Origin: Nitrosopumilus maritimus SCM1
GTDB taxonomy: Archaea > Thermoproteota > Nitrososphaeria > Nitrososphaerales > Nitrosopumilaceae
Direction: 5' to 3'
DNA: 32,000 nucleotides
Assembly: GCF_000018465.1 (NCBI RefSeq)
Contig: NC_010085.1
Span: 1,230,001-1,262,000 of the forward strand
The number at the start of each line of letters is the position of its first letter. The stretch's first letter is position 1. Below, in pieces: positions 1 to 7,859 of this stretch. The notes under the pieces are model-generated. The model did no database searches. It worked only from the letters and a program-made list of their open reading frames with translations, and had not been told where the DNA came from. The position numbers and the translations under genes were made by a program.

Positions 1-2
1 TG

Positions 3-119
3 GCAAAAATTTCAAAGGTAACCAACATAAGCACAGTTACAATTAGAAAAATAATAAAACTAGTAAGACCATTTGCTGCCAAATACATCAAAAGCATTGA
101 TGTTGGAATAACACAGTAA
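3..119 (+). CDS. 3' end of a gene entering from upstream; HTH-like C-terminal tail (TFB- or Lrp-like, not resolvable)
   Basis: Frame 3 is open from the window edge to TAA 117-119 (AKISKVTNISTVTIRKIIKLVRPFAAKYIKSIDVGITQ). STVTIRK resembles an HTH recognition helix. Only 38 aa are visible. Confidence 0.35.
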   Translation, partial: AKISKVTNISTVTIRKIIKLVRPFAAKYIKSIDVGITQ

Positions 120-120
120 G

Positions 121-312
121 ATGTCTCAAAATGAATTTGAAAAAATAAAAAGATACGAAAGTTTGCAGGACGAATACAAGAATCTCCTTTCAGAATACGA
201 AGAGCTTAAAACAAGCAATCCTTACAATTTGCAGTTAACAAATAAAATTGTCGAACTTACCGCAAAACAGAAAGAAATTGAAACATCTTTGTCAGAACTC
301 AAAGAAATCTAG
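121..312 (+). CDS. small coiled-coil protein, 63 aa, unknown function
   Basis: ATG lies 1 nt after the upstream stop. Heptad-like charged sequence (EYKNLLSEYEELK...LTAKQKEIETSLSELKEI). No recognisable domain. Confidence 0.45.
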   Translation: MSQNEFEKIKRYESLQDEYKNLLSEYEELKTSNPYNLQLTNKIVELTAKQKEIETSLSELKEI

Positions 313-806
313 TTTTTATTTTCTAGATTAATCGTAGAGGGTTTTTGTTCTTTGCGAGAAATTGAAACAAGAACCTCGTCAAATTTTTTATTTGGAATCC
401 AGATTCTTTTTTTATCTTCATCAATCTCAATTATTGTTTTTGTCAAACCCAGCTTGAGAATAGTTCCTTTGCGATTTTCTATTTCAATCTTGGAACCGAC
501 ATGAATGTTTGTGCTTAATGCTATGCTTATGCCAGATGCGGCATTTTGTAATTTGTTGAGATACACAAATGCTGCAAAAATCAGTATTGCACTAAGGGAC
601 GTTACAGTCTCCAAGGCATACGTTAGAAGATCAAAATTTATTGAAAGATAGATTCCCTCTGCAATAACTATTAACAATATAATGACGACTAGTGCCTTGT
701 AGGATCCTTCTAGCTTTTTGAACTTGTAAAAATCAACAAGTTTTGCAGATGCAATGGCAACAACAGTAACTAGAATTGATATTATTGCATGGATTTCTAA
801 AGCCAT
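309..806 (-). CDS. mscS: small MscS-type mechanosensitive channel, last gene of the ectoine operon
   Basis: 165 aa. Three N-terminal hydrophobic helices, then an MscS beta-domain-like segment (IHVGSKIEIENRKGTILKLGLTKTIIEIDEDKKRIWIPNKKF). Position directly downstream of ectD matches the hyp-ectABCD-mscS arrangement known from Nitrosopumilus maritimus. Confidence 0.75.
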   Translation of the reverse strand: MALEIHAIISILVTVVAIASAKLVDFYKFKKLEGSYKALVVIILLIVIAEGIYLSINFDLLTYALETVTSLSAILIFAAFVYLNKLQNAASGISIALSTNIHVGSKIEIENRKGTILKLGLTKTIIEIDEDKKRIWIPNKKFDEVLVSISRKEQKPSTINLENKN

Positions 807-830
807 TTTCTTCTCACATGCGTTTCAAGT

Positions 831-1745
831 TTAGTTTAGAAAGTTTTCTATAGGATCCAATACAGAAAACTCTCTGGATCCAATGTAGTTGGGGCGAGGT
901 TCCAATCCACAAAATGGTGTGATTAGTTTATTGTGAATACTATTGAATACAATAAACGCGTTGCTTCGCGGATAAGGGGAAATATTTCCATTAGAGCCAT
1001 GCATGATATTGCAGTCAAAGAATATTGCAGAGCCTGCATCACCTTTGGCAGATACAATTCCTCCTTTTTCTACCATATCCTCAAGGATTTTCTTGTCAGG
1101 AGTACCTATCTCTTGTCTTTTTAGGGATTGTTTGTAGTGTTTGTCAGGAGTTGTACCAGAACACGAGACAAATTCTTTGTGAGATCCTGGAATGACCATC
1201 AGAGGACCGTTAAACTCATAGTTTTTTGTAAGACTGACAGAGCACGAGACAGCACGCATGTTTGGCATGCCATCCTCAGAGTGCCACGTCTCAAAGTCCG
1301 AATGCCAGTAGAACTCTTTTCCATCAAATCCAGGTTTCAGATTAACTCGGGATTGATGTACGTACACTTTGCTTCCTAAAAGCTGCTGAGCCACATCTAC
1401 AAGTCTACTGTCTTTGCAAAGTCTGCTAAAAATCTCACTTAGTTTATGTATTTCAAATATGGAACGTACATCTTTTTTTGTTTCCTCCAAGATGAATTGA
1501 GGCAGTTCTTTTTTAGAGTCATCTTTTGACAATGCCTTTAGTTCATCAAGTAATGCAGTCACCTCATCTATAGAAAACAGATTCTCAAATACAAGATATC
1601 CGTTTTTCTCAAAAAAATCCTCTTGTTTCCTAGTCAAAGAGGTTAAAGAACTTGGATATACCACAGGATCAGTCCTTGGGATAATTTTTGATTCAGAATT
1701 CATTCTTGTTGGATAAAAATCCATTTCAGTGTTATTTTGATACAT
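831..1745 (-). CDS. ectD: ectoine hydroxylase (non-haem Fe(II)/2-oxoglutarate dioxygenase)
   Basis: 304 aa. Contains the EctD signature stretch FYWHSDFETWHSEDGMP. Sits 1 nt downstream of ectC. Confidence 0.93.
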   Translation of the reverse strand: MYQNNTEMDFYPTRMNSESKIIPRTDPVVYPSSLTSLTRKQEDFFEKNGYLVFENLFSIDEVTALLDELKALSKDDSKKELPQFILEETKKDVRSIFEIHKLSEIFSRLCKDSRLVDVAQQLLGSKVYVHQSRVNLKPGFDGKEFYWHSDFETWHSEDGMPNMRAVSCSVSLTKNYEFNGPLMVIPGSHKEFVSCSGTTPDKHYKQSLKRQEIGTPDKKILEDMVEKGGIVSAKGDAGSAIFFDCNIMHGSNGNISPYPRSNAFIVFNSIHNKLITPFCGLEPRPNYIGSREFSVLDPIENFLN

Positions 1746-1746
1746 T

Positions 1747-2133
1747 TTACTTCTCCGTTAATAATGGATACACTCCTTGGGTATCATGAGTTTCAGGACC
1801 CACAAGTGGAGGATTAAAGACGCATATCATCTTCATTTCTGAAAATGCGCGTAGTACATGCTTGTCATGTTTGTCTAATGCATAAATTGTTCCTGGATGA
1901 ATTTCATGTCTAGTCCCGTCTTCTTCTTCAATTTCGCCGACTCCTTCCAGACAAAACACAGCTTCGAGGTGATGCTTGTACCAAATCTTTGTTTCTGTTT
2001 TGGGAAAAACAGTTGTCTGGTGAAACGAAAATCCCATCCCATCATCTTTTAGCAACAGTCTTGTGCTAGACCAATTATCAGAAGTGACTTTTCTTTCTGC
2101 ATCATGCAACGAGTCAATGTTACGGACAATCAT
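1747..2133 (-). CDS. ectC: L-ectoine synthase (cupin)
   Basis: 128 aa. MIVRNIDSL...WSSTRLLLKDDGMGFSFHQTTV...YKHHLEAVFCLEG...VFNPPLVGPETHD is the typical EctC pattern. 4-nt overlap with ectB. Confidence 0.95.
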   Translation of the reverse strand: MIVRNIDSLHDAERKVTSDNWSSTRLLLKDDGMGFSFHQTTVFPKTETKIWYKHHLEAVFCLEGVGEIEEEDGTRHEIHPGTIYALDKHDKHVLRAFSEMKMICVFNPPLVGPETHDTQGVYPLLTEK

Positions 2134-3425
2134 TTTTGCACAGTCACCATAGTCAATTTTTTATCAAAATCAGATTCTTGCATAACTTCTTTGATGCTTT
2201 TTTCCAAAATATCCAACCCCTTTGTCAGATTGCTTTCGGAAATGGTCAGAGGTGGAAGAAGTTTTACAACCTGATCATCAGGACCGCATGTCTCCAATAT
2301 CAGACCGTTTTCAAAGCATTTTTGTTTAATTTCGCTAGCCAAATCTTCTAGTATGCAATCAATACCATACACCATTCCCTTCCCCCTAACCTGAATATCT
2401 GAAGAAGGAAATTCATCGGATATTTCCTCTAACCTATGTTTTAGAATATTAGATTTTGTGGCAATTTGTTTTTCAAGATCATCATTTGCCCAGTATTGCT
2501 CAATGGCAGTTTTTGCAGTAACAAAAGCCATATTGTTTCCCCTAAACGTGCCATTGTGTTCACCAGGCTCCCATTTGTCTATGCCAGGCTTTAACAGCAG
2601 TAATGAAAATGGCAATCCAAAACCACTAAGTGATTTTGACAAGGTTATCATGTCTGGCTCTATCCCCATCCCTTCAAAGCTGAAAAAGCTTCCAGTTCTT
2701 CCACAGCCGACTTGGATGTCATCAACTATCACCAAAATTCCAAATTCTTTGCACAGTTCTTGTAATGATTGAAGCCATTTTGAGCTTGCAATATTAATTC
2801 CACCCTCACCTTGAACAGTTTCTAAGACTACAGCTGCAGGAAGATCAACTCCGCTGCTGTTGTCTTCTAGTAAGCGTCTAAGATAATCAATTGTGTTTAG
2901 TTTCTTTCCCATGTAACCATCATACGGCATAAACACGACATCATTTAGAGGAATTCCAGAACCACCTCTATGATGACTGTTTCCCGTAGCTGCAAGCGCT
3001 CCCAGCGTTACGCCGTGAAAGCCGTTTGTAAAAGAAATTATTTTTGTTCTGCCAGTAATTTTTCTTGCAATTTTAAATGCCGCCTCTACAGCATTAGTGC
3101 CAGTAGGGCCAGTAAATTGTAATTTGTAATCCAAATTTCTTGGCTCCAAAATGTATTTTGAAAATGAATTCAAGAAATCTTCTTTTGATCTTGTTGCAAG
3201 ATCCAAACTATGGGTGATGCCATCTTCGTTCAGATAATCAATGATTTCTTTTTTGAGTATGTGGTTGTTGTGTCCATAATTCAATGACCCAGCACCGCAA
3301 AGAAAGTCAAAATATTTTTTTCCGTCTTTGTCAATTAAGAGATGATCTTTTGCTTTTTCAAACATTACAGGATATGCCCTACAGTAGGATCTCACCTGAG
3401 ATTCAATTGTGTTGATTTGTTTCAT
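2130..3425 (-). CDS. ectB: diaminobutyrate-2-oxoglutarate aminotransferase (PLP class III)
   Basis: 431 aa. ESQVRSYCRAYPVMFEKAKD N-terminus, GAGSLNYGHNN, FTGPTGTNAVEAA, DDIQVGCGRTG and TLSKSLSG (PLP lysine) motifs. Flanked by ectA and ectC with 4-nt overlaps. Confidence 0.93.
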   Translation of the reverse strand: MKQINTIESQVRSYCRAYPVMFEKAKDHLLIDKDGKKYFDFLCGAGSLNYGHNNHILKKEIIDYLNEDGITHSLDLATRSKEDFLNSFSKYILEPRNLDYKLQFTGPTGTNAVEAAFKIARKITGRTKIISFTNGFHGVTLGALAATGNSHHRGGSGIPLNDVVFMPYDGYMGKKLNTIDYLRRLLEDNSSGVDLPAAVVLETVQGEGGINIASSKWLQSLQELCKEFGILVIVDDIQVGCGRTGSFFSFEGMGIEPDMITLSKSLSGFGLPFSLLLLKPGIDKWEPGEHNGTFRGNNMAFVTAKTAIEQYWANDDLEKQIATKSNILKHRLEEISDEFPSSDIQVRGKGMVYGIDCILEDLASEIKQKCFENGLILETCGPDDQVVKLLPPLTISESNLTKGLDILEKSIKEVMQESDFDKKLTMVTVQK

Positions 3426-3931
3426 GCGGTAACCTCCAAAAGACTTTTTTGAATAGGACCAATCCTTACTAGATCTTCTTGCTCGTGGCCATCACCCAAC
3501 ACATCTGATGAAAACAACGGAGTCTTTACAAAATCAGCATCCAGTTGTGCTGCAAAGTTTTGTAAAAATTTCAAAGATGCCTTGTTAGAAGGAGTGACGG
3601 TAGCCTCTACAAATCTAACATCATAATCCGTTTGAGAAAATGCTTTAAAGACAAGCTCTTTTGCCACGCCCTTGTTTCTATACGAGTCATCTACTGCTGC
3701 CTGCCAGACAAAGAGGGTATCATGGTTTTTTGGAGAGATAAAGCCTGAAAGAAATCCAACAATTTTTGAATCATATTCTGCAACTACGCATGTTTTTGAA
3801 AATTGGTGGCACAAGAGCACATAGAGGTATTTAGAATTCTCGTCAAGAGGCTTGTTGTTTTGCACCAACTCCCAAATCTTGTTAGCGTCATCAACTCGAG
3901 GCTCTCTAAATGTAATAGAAGTCATGATCAA
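3422..3931 (-). CDS. ectA: L-2,4-diaminobutyrate acetyltransferase (GNAT)
   Basis: 169 aa. GNAT core (VWQAAVDDSYRNKGVAKELV). Position upstream of ectB. Confidence 0.85.
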   Translation of the reverse strand: MIMTSITFREPRVDDANKIWELVQNNKPLDENSKYLYVLLCHQFSKTCVVAEYDSKIVGFLSGFISPKNHDTLFVWQAAVDDSYRNKGVAKELVFKAFSQTDYDVRFVEATVTPSNKASLKFLQNFAAQLDADFVKTPLFSSDVLGDGHEQEDLVRIGPIQKSLLEVTA

Positions 3932-4305
3932 AGTATGATTTTTTGAGCGTTTCCTTGAGAGTTGATCTCATTTTCTTGAAATGTCTTGTCTACGGCATTA
4001 CTTGCTTCAGGTGGAACACCAATTACAAACGGCAGGCGTTTGCCTTCAGAAGCACCACGTCCCATCATTAGTTTAGACAGGGTTAAGATTTTTTGTTTAG
4101 TTAAATCAGATGAGACTGTTTGAGAATCCGCCACGATTCCAATATGATACAGCTCTTTGTGAGGATTCCACCAGATCACATCAGGTGCCACACCTTCAAC
4201 ATCAGTAGGATTTTCAAAACCAGTACAGTTGGCTTGAATGACTTGTAATTCATCTTTTTCAAATATGTTGATTAAATTTTTTACCAGATATTCTGAAACA
4301 CTCAT
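3928..4305 (-). CDS. hypothetical protein, first gene of the ect operon ('hyp')
   Basis: The ORF track starts at a TTG (4329). The first ATG is at 4305 (MSVSEYLVKN...). 4-nt overlap with ectA. No domain recognised. Confidence 0.6.
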   Translation of the reverse strand: MSVSEYLVKNLINIFEKDELQVIQANCTGFENPTDVEGVAPDVIWWNPHKELYHIGIVADSQTVSSDLTKQKILTLSKLMMGRGASEGKRLPFVIGVPPEASNAVDKTFQENEINSQGNAQKIIL

Positions 4306-4430
4306 CAAATATAATTTGGAGTAAAACAAGTTAATCTTTTGTAAGCTAATGTATGGAAATTAAATTTCAAAACATAATTTACTGTTTTTTCCATAAACAG
4401 TGTTAATTAAACTAGAGGACTGTTGCAAAC

Positions 4431-4745
4431 ATGGGAAAACGCCAAATAAAAAACGAAAGTGCTCTAAAAAAGATCAAACTTCCTGAAACACAGGAGGAGA
4501 TGTTTGGCAGAGTTATCAAAATGATGGGCGGAGAAAATGTCATGGTAAAATGCTCTGACAACATAGCAAGAAGAGGAAGGATAAGAGGTAAGCTGAAAAG
4601 AAGGGTATGGATCAGAGACAACGACGTGGTAATCATTGCGCCTTGGGAATTTGGCAAGGAACAAAGAGGAGATATTTTATGGAGATATACATTGCCTCAA
4701 GTAGACTGGTTAAAACAAAACAAGTACATCCCGTTGGATTTTTAG
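4431..4745 (+). CDS. eif1a: translation initiation factor aIF-1A (S1/OB fold)
   Basis: 104 aa. LPETQEEMFGRVIKMMGGENVMVKCSDNIARRGRIRGKLKRRVWIRDNDVVIIAPWEF is the canonical eIF-1A core. Confidence 0.92.
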   Translation: MGKRQIKNESALKKIKLPETQEEMFGRVIKMMGGENVMVKCSDNIARRGRIRGKLKRRVWIRDNDVVIIAPWEFGKEQRGDILWRYTLPQVDWLKQNKYIPLDF

Positions 4746-4842
4746 AGAATTTACATTCATTTTACAAATAACAAGTTAATTTAACAAAAACTCTCACAAC
4801 TGGAAAAAACGCAGTAATCGTCAGTTGTTAATTTTAAAATAT

Positions 4843-6567
4843 TTAGAACTTGGAGGATACCACAAAAATAGTAAATTCCAAACCTTTGATTATACTTCTA
4901 GCAATTTTGGTAAATTCAAAACCAGATTCACTTGCCTTTTCATAGATAGAATGATCTACTACTACAGTATTAGGCAGTGCGTACTGATTAATCTTAAAGA
5001 CAGCATTTACAGGCTCTCCAAAAATATCATCCAATTTTGAATCAGAGGTCTTAGATTCATTTACTGACCCAAATGCAGAGCTGATTCTATACGCTAGTCC
5101 AGGAAGGTTTTCAGAAGCTGTTTTCTCATTGAGTTCATGCTCTAGCTTTGTAATCTCTAGACAACAATTCAAAGTATTTGATAGAGATTCCAGATTATCA
5201 GCAGAGATTGGGAAGTAGAACAAGATTGCATCATCTATGATTTTGATTGGTATTCCTTCGTGTTTTTTGATAATTGGAAGAACAGACTCTGTAAAGATTT
5301 CAGTGTAGCGTTTTTTCTTATCATCAGAAAGATTTTGTGTCAACTTGAGTGACCCTACCAAGTCAACAAGACACACATATCCTTCTCTTTTTTGTTCAGA
5401 GAACTTTAAGAGAATATCTTGCTGTTGTTTGATAATATTTTCTCGTTTTCCAATTGCAGATATTGTCTCTTGCAAAGTCTTTGCCATGTTATCAAATGAT
5501 GTAGATAATTCTTCAATCTCATCATTTGTCTGAATATTTGTTCTGACCTCAAAGTTGCCTGCAGATAGTTGTTTTGATGCATCACGTAATTTGATGATGG
5601 GTTTTGAGATTCTCTTTGAGAGAACAAATGTGACTATACTTGCAACAATTATGAGGCTAATTCCAACAATCACTATGTTAGTTTGTAGTTCAGTTATTGG
5701 TTTGAGTATGCCTGCTTCATCCACTTCTGTAAGCAAAACAAATCCTAAATCAGGTTTACAATAAGAGTATCCAAAAATATCCACATTCCTATAATCAGTA
5801 TACTCTGATGCTTCTACATTGTTTCCGTTCTCAAAGCATTCTGAGACAGCAAACGTATCTACTTTTTGATTAAAAGGAGTGTTTTCCAGAAATATTGATT
5901 CTGAAATCATCATTCTGTTATGATTAACAAGGTACACTTCTCCTGTATCATGTAAGCCAAATCTATTCATCAAAATGTCGTCAAAAATCGAAGTTCCCAT
6001 TGTTGCAATCATTACTGCTTCTTGCTTTCCAGAATCAGAATAAACGGGTAATGAGATTTTCATAATGCGCGATTTATCTAAAGATTGTACAAACTCTACA
6101 GTGGGTTCTGATACCTTGTAGTTTCCTTTAACATATTTCAGAGGGTCAACCTGCTCGTTTAATGAAAAAATGGGCTTTCCTCGCATGTTAATAATTTGAA
6201 GATCACGAATACCTGCTTCAAACTCATTTAACTGGAATGAGTGAAATTCATGGTGCAGTAGTGGGGTTTGCTCTTCTAAAGCCCTGTTAAAGGAAACATC
6301 ATCCAACACAGGAATTAAAACATCAAATGAACTAACAAGGGATTCGTTTTGTGCAAAGTTTCCCAACTTGTCAATTCTTGATTCAATGATTGAGGCTATT
6401 GTATTTCCTCTAGTTTCAGATTCATCTTTGAGTGATTCTTTGAAATTTTCTTTGATAATTGAATCTGCAAAATTGTATGCCAGCCCAGTAGTTACTGCAA
6501 TGGATGTTATGCTAATTGCAAGCACTAAAAAAATTAATTTTGTACTGATGCTTACAAATGAACCCAT
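4843..6567 (-). CDS. membrane sensor: extracytoplasmic Cache-like domain, HAMP, then a class III nucleotidyl-cyclase-like domain
   Basis: I prefer ATG 6567 (Met23 of the track ORF) because it is followed directly by a TM helix (FVSISTKLIFLVLAISITSIAVTTGLA). A second TM (IVIVGISLIIVASIVTFVL) is followed by a HAMP-like PIIKLRDASKQLSAGNFEVRTNIQTNDEIEELSTSFDNMAKTL. The C-terminus matches cyclase-homology motifs: VCLVDLVGS, KIIDDAILFYF, YRISSAFGSV, GEPVNAVFKI. Confidence 0.7.
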   Translation of the reverse strand: MGSFVSISTKLIFLVLAISITSIAVTTGLAYNFADSIIKENFKESLKDESETRGNTIASIIESRIDKLGNFAQNESLVSSFDVLIPVLDDVSFNRALEEQTPLLHHEFHSFQLNEFEAGIRDLQIINMRGKPIFSLNEQVDPLKYVKGNYKVSEPTVEFVQSLDKSRIMKISLPVYSDSGKQEAVMIATMGTSIFDDILMNRFGLHDTGEVYLVNHNRMMISESIFLENTPFNQKVDTFAVSECFENGNNVEASEYTDYRNVDIFGYSYCKPDLGFVLLTEVDEAGILKPITELQTNIVIVGISLIIVASIVTFVLSKRISKPIIKLRDASKQLSAGNFEVRTNIQTNDEIEELSTSFDNMAKTLQETISAIGKRENIIKQQQDILLKFSEQKREGYVCLVDLVGSLKLTQNLSDDKKKRYTEIFTESVLPIIKKHEGIPIKIIDDAILFYFPISADNLESLSNTLNCCLEITKLEHELNEKTASENLPGLAYRISSAFGSVNESKTSDSKLDDIFGEPVNAVFKINQYALPNTVVVDHSIYEKASESGFEFTKIARSIIKGLEFTIFVVSSKF

Positions 6568-6679
6568 GTATCGTATGGAAGTTATGAGTATTTTAATTAT
6601 GATTAATAATTTGGTATTTGTACCACATGTCAAACTTGCACGATCTATGTTTTAATAGAAATTTGAAGTAGAATGGTAA

Positions 6680-7030
6680 ATGGATTACGAAAGGATTTGC
6701 AAGGATATTTTACATTTTGACTCTAAAATTCGATTTTGTGGGGTTACAAATGCAAAAAGTGAGTTAATTGCAAGCATTTCCAAAAATCCTGAAGAGAAAT
6801 TTCTTAGCAAAGACGAAATGATGATGTCAATTCATTATACGCTGGATAGGTCTGAAAAGCATACCAATCTATCATACAAGATAGGTAATGAAAAATCAGC
6901 AGTGATTGAATATGATAAAGTTACAATGATTACTATTCCTCTTGAAAAAAAAGAATTATTGTTAATCAGTACTGAGCCAGAAGCAGACTATTACAAGATT
7001 ATTGCTAAAGCAAGAGAATCACTTTCTTAA
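6680..7030 (+). CDS. small cytoplasmic protein, Roadblock/LC7-like pattern (tentative)
   Basis: 116 aa. Alternating pattern IRFCGVTNAKSELIASIS ... SAVIEYDKVTMITIPLEKKELLLISTEPEADYYKIIAKARE resembles Roadblock/MglB-type folds. Divergent from the sensor gene. Confidence 0.45.
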   Translation: MDYERICKDILHFDSKIRFCGVTNAKSELIASISKNPEEKFLSKDEMMMSIHYTLDRSEKHTNLSYKIGNEKSAVIEYDKVTMITIPLEKKELLLISTEPEADYYKIIAKARESLS

Positions 7031-7399
7031 CGATTTTTTTGTTTTATGTGCAACTTTTGTTCCCATTTTTACTGTCTTTAATTTTTTAATTATACTTATT
7101 CCTATTTTCAAAAACTTGAATGCAGAAAAAATTGGAATCAAGGTCAGCATTACAATGTCAATCCAGTATTTTTTTACAAATTTTTTTGGATCCCTTACCT
7201 TGTTATACTTGAAGTACAGATCAAACACCAACAAAATTATCAAAGGCCAAATCAGAAAATCAAAAAACTGTTTTGATTCATAAGGAAGAGATAGTATAGG
7301 CTCTGAAAGTCCAATTGTACTGTACTCAAATGAAACAATACCTGCAAAAAACATCAGCCCTATTGCAATTATTGCAAAATCAAGAATTTTGTAGATCAT
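7019..7399 (-). CDS. 4-TM membrane protein resembling an isolated voltage-sensor domain (S1-S4) with no pore
   Basis: 126 aa. Four hydrophobic segments. S2-like FFDFLIWPLIILLVFDLYF. S3-like KKYWIDIVMLTLIPIF (the wNxiD-type motif of Ion_trans proteins). Lys-rich S4-like FKFLKIGISIIKKLKTVKMGTKV. ATGA overlap with the upstream small ORF. Confidence 0.5.
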   Translation of the reverse strand: MIYKILDFAIIAIGLMFFAGIVSFEYSTIGLSEPILSLPYESKQFFDFLIWPLIILLVFDLYFKYNKVRDPKKFVKKYWIDIVMLTLIPIFSAFKFLKIGISIIKKLKTVKMGTKVAHKTKKSLRK

Positions 7400-7590
7400 A
7401 GCATTGCAGAAAGTATAACAATCAATGCTGCTGAAATCAGATAGAATCCATAAAATGACTTTTTGTAACGCGGTCTGGCCAAAGCGAATTTTCTAGCAGA
7501 GTGTTTTGATTTTTTGAAAGAAAAGATACGAGAACATTGTGAGAAAAAAGACTCACAGCCGGTCTGGTCTAGGGAAGAATGTTCTCGCAT
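7396..7590 (-). CDS. small tail-anchored protein, paralogue 1 (about 64 aa)
   Basis: Paralogous to 10625-10822: shared MREH/MQEH start, PRYKKSFYGFY vs PRHKKSFYIFY, and a C-terminal hydrophobic tail. The internal ATG 7590 sits ~26 nt downstream of a conserved TATATGAT box. The track ORF extends to 7605. Confidence 0.6.
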   Translation of the reverse strand: MREHSSLDQTGCESFFSQCSRIFSFKKSKHSARKFALARPRYKKSFYGFYLISAALIVILSAML

Positions 7591-7624
7591 GGTTTTGATA
7601 TGCATAATGTGATCATATACCTTG

Positions 7625-7642
7625 GTCAGCTGTTTAGCTTAC
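7625..7642 (-). promoter_or_regulatory. inverted repeat GTCAGCT-N4-AGCTTAC just upstream of a TATA-like box (copy 1)
   Basis: Imperfect 7-4-7 inverted repeat. Its centre is 43.5 nt upstream of ATG 7590. It lies inside a 44-nt block conserved with 10842-10884. Confidence 0.6.
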
Positions 7643-7696
7643 TTGTAGTGAGGACATCTTACCAGACTCTATGAGACTCTACAACTTATCACAAAC

Positions 7697-7846
7697 ATGA
7701 AAACACAACAAATCTCAAACTGGGATAAGATGGTTCACGCCCCATTCAAGAAGGTCGTAAAGTTTGATCTCATATGCATGGGAATGGGAGCAGTGATGGG
7801 AATGGGCGTAGGCGCCTACCTTGTTGCTAGCGGAATGTTCGTCTAG
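7697..7846 (+). CDS. unannotated 49-aa Met/Gly-rich membrane peptide
   Basis: ATG 7697 to TAG 7844-7846: MKTQQISNWDKMVHAPFKKVVKFDLICMGMGAVMGMGVGAYLVASGMFV. Locally GC-enriched codons in an AT-rich intergenic context. Below the 60-aa cutoff of the ORF track. Confidence 0.45.
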   Translation: MKTQQISNWDKMVHAPFKKVVKFDLICMGMGAVMGMGVGAYLVASGMFV

Positions 7847-7859
7847 CAAAACTATTTTT

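Noticed and set aside
933-2772. Plus-strand ORFs inside ectD and ectB (933-1124, 1128-1379, 2136-2351, 2458-2772)
   Set aside because: They are antisense to unmistakable ect genes. They are shadow ORFs.
4412-4664. Minus-strand ORFs 4412-4657 and 4464-4664
   Set aside because: They are antisense to the highly conserved aIF-1A coding sequence.
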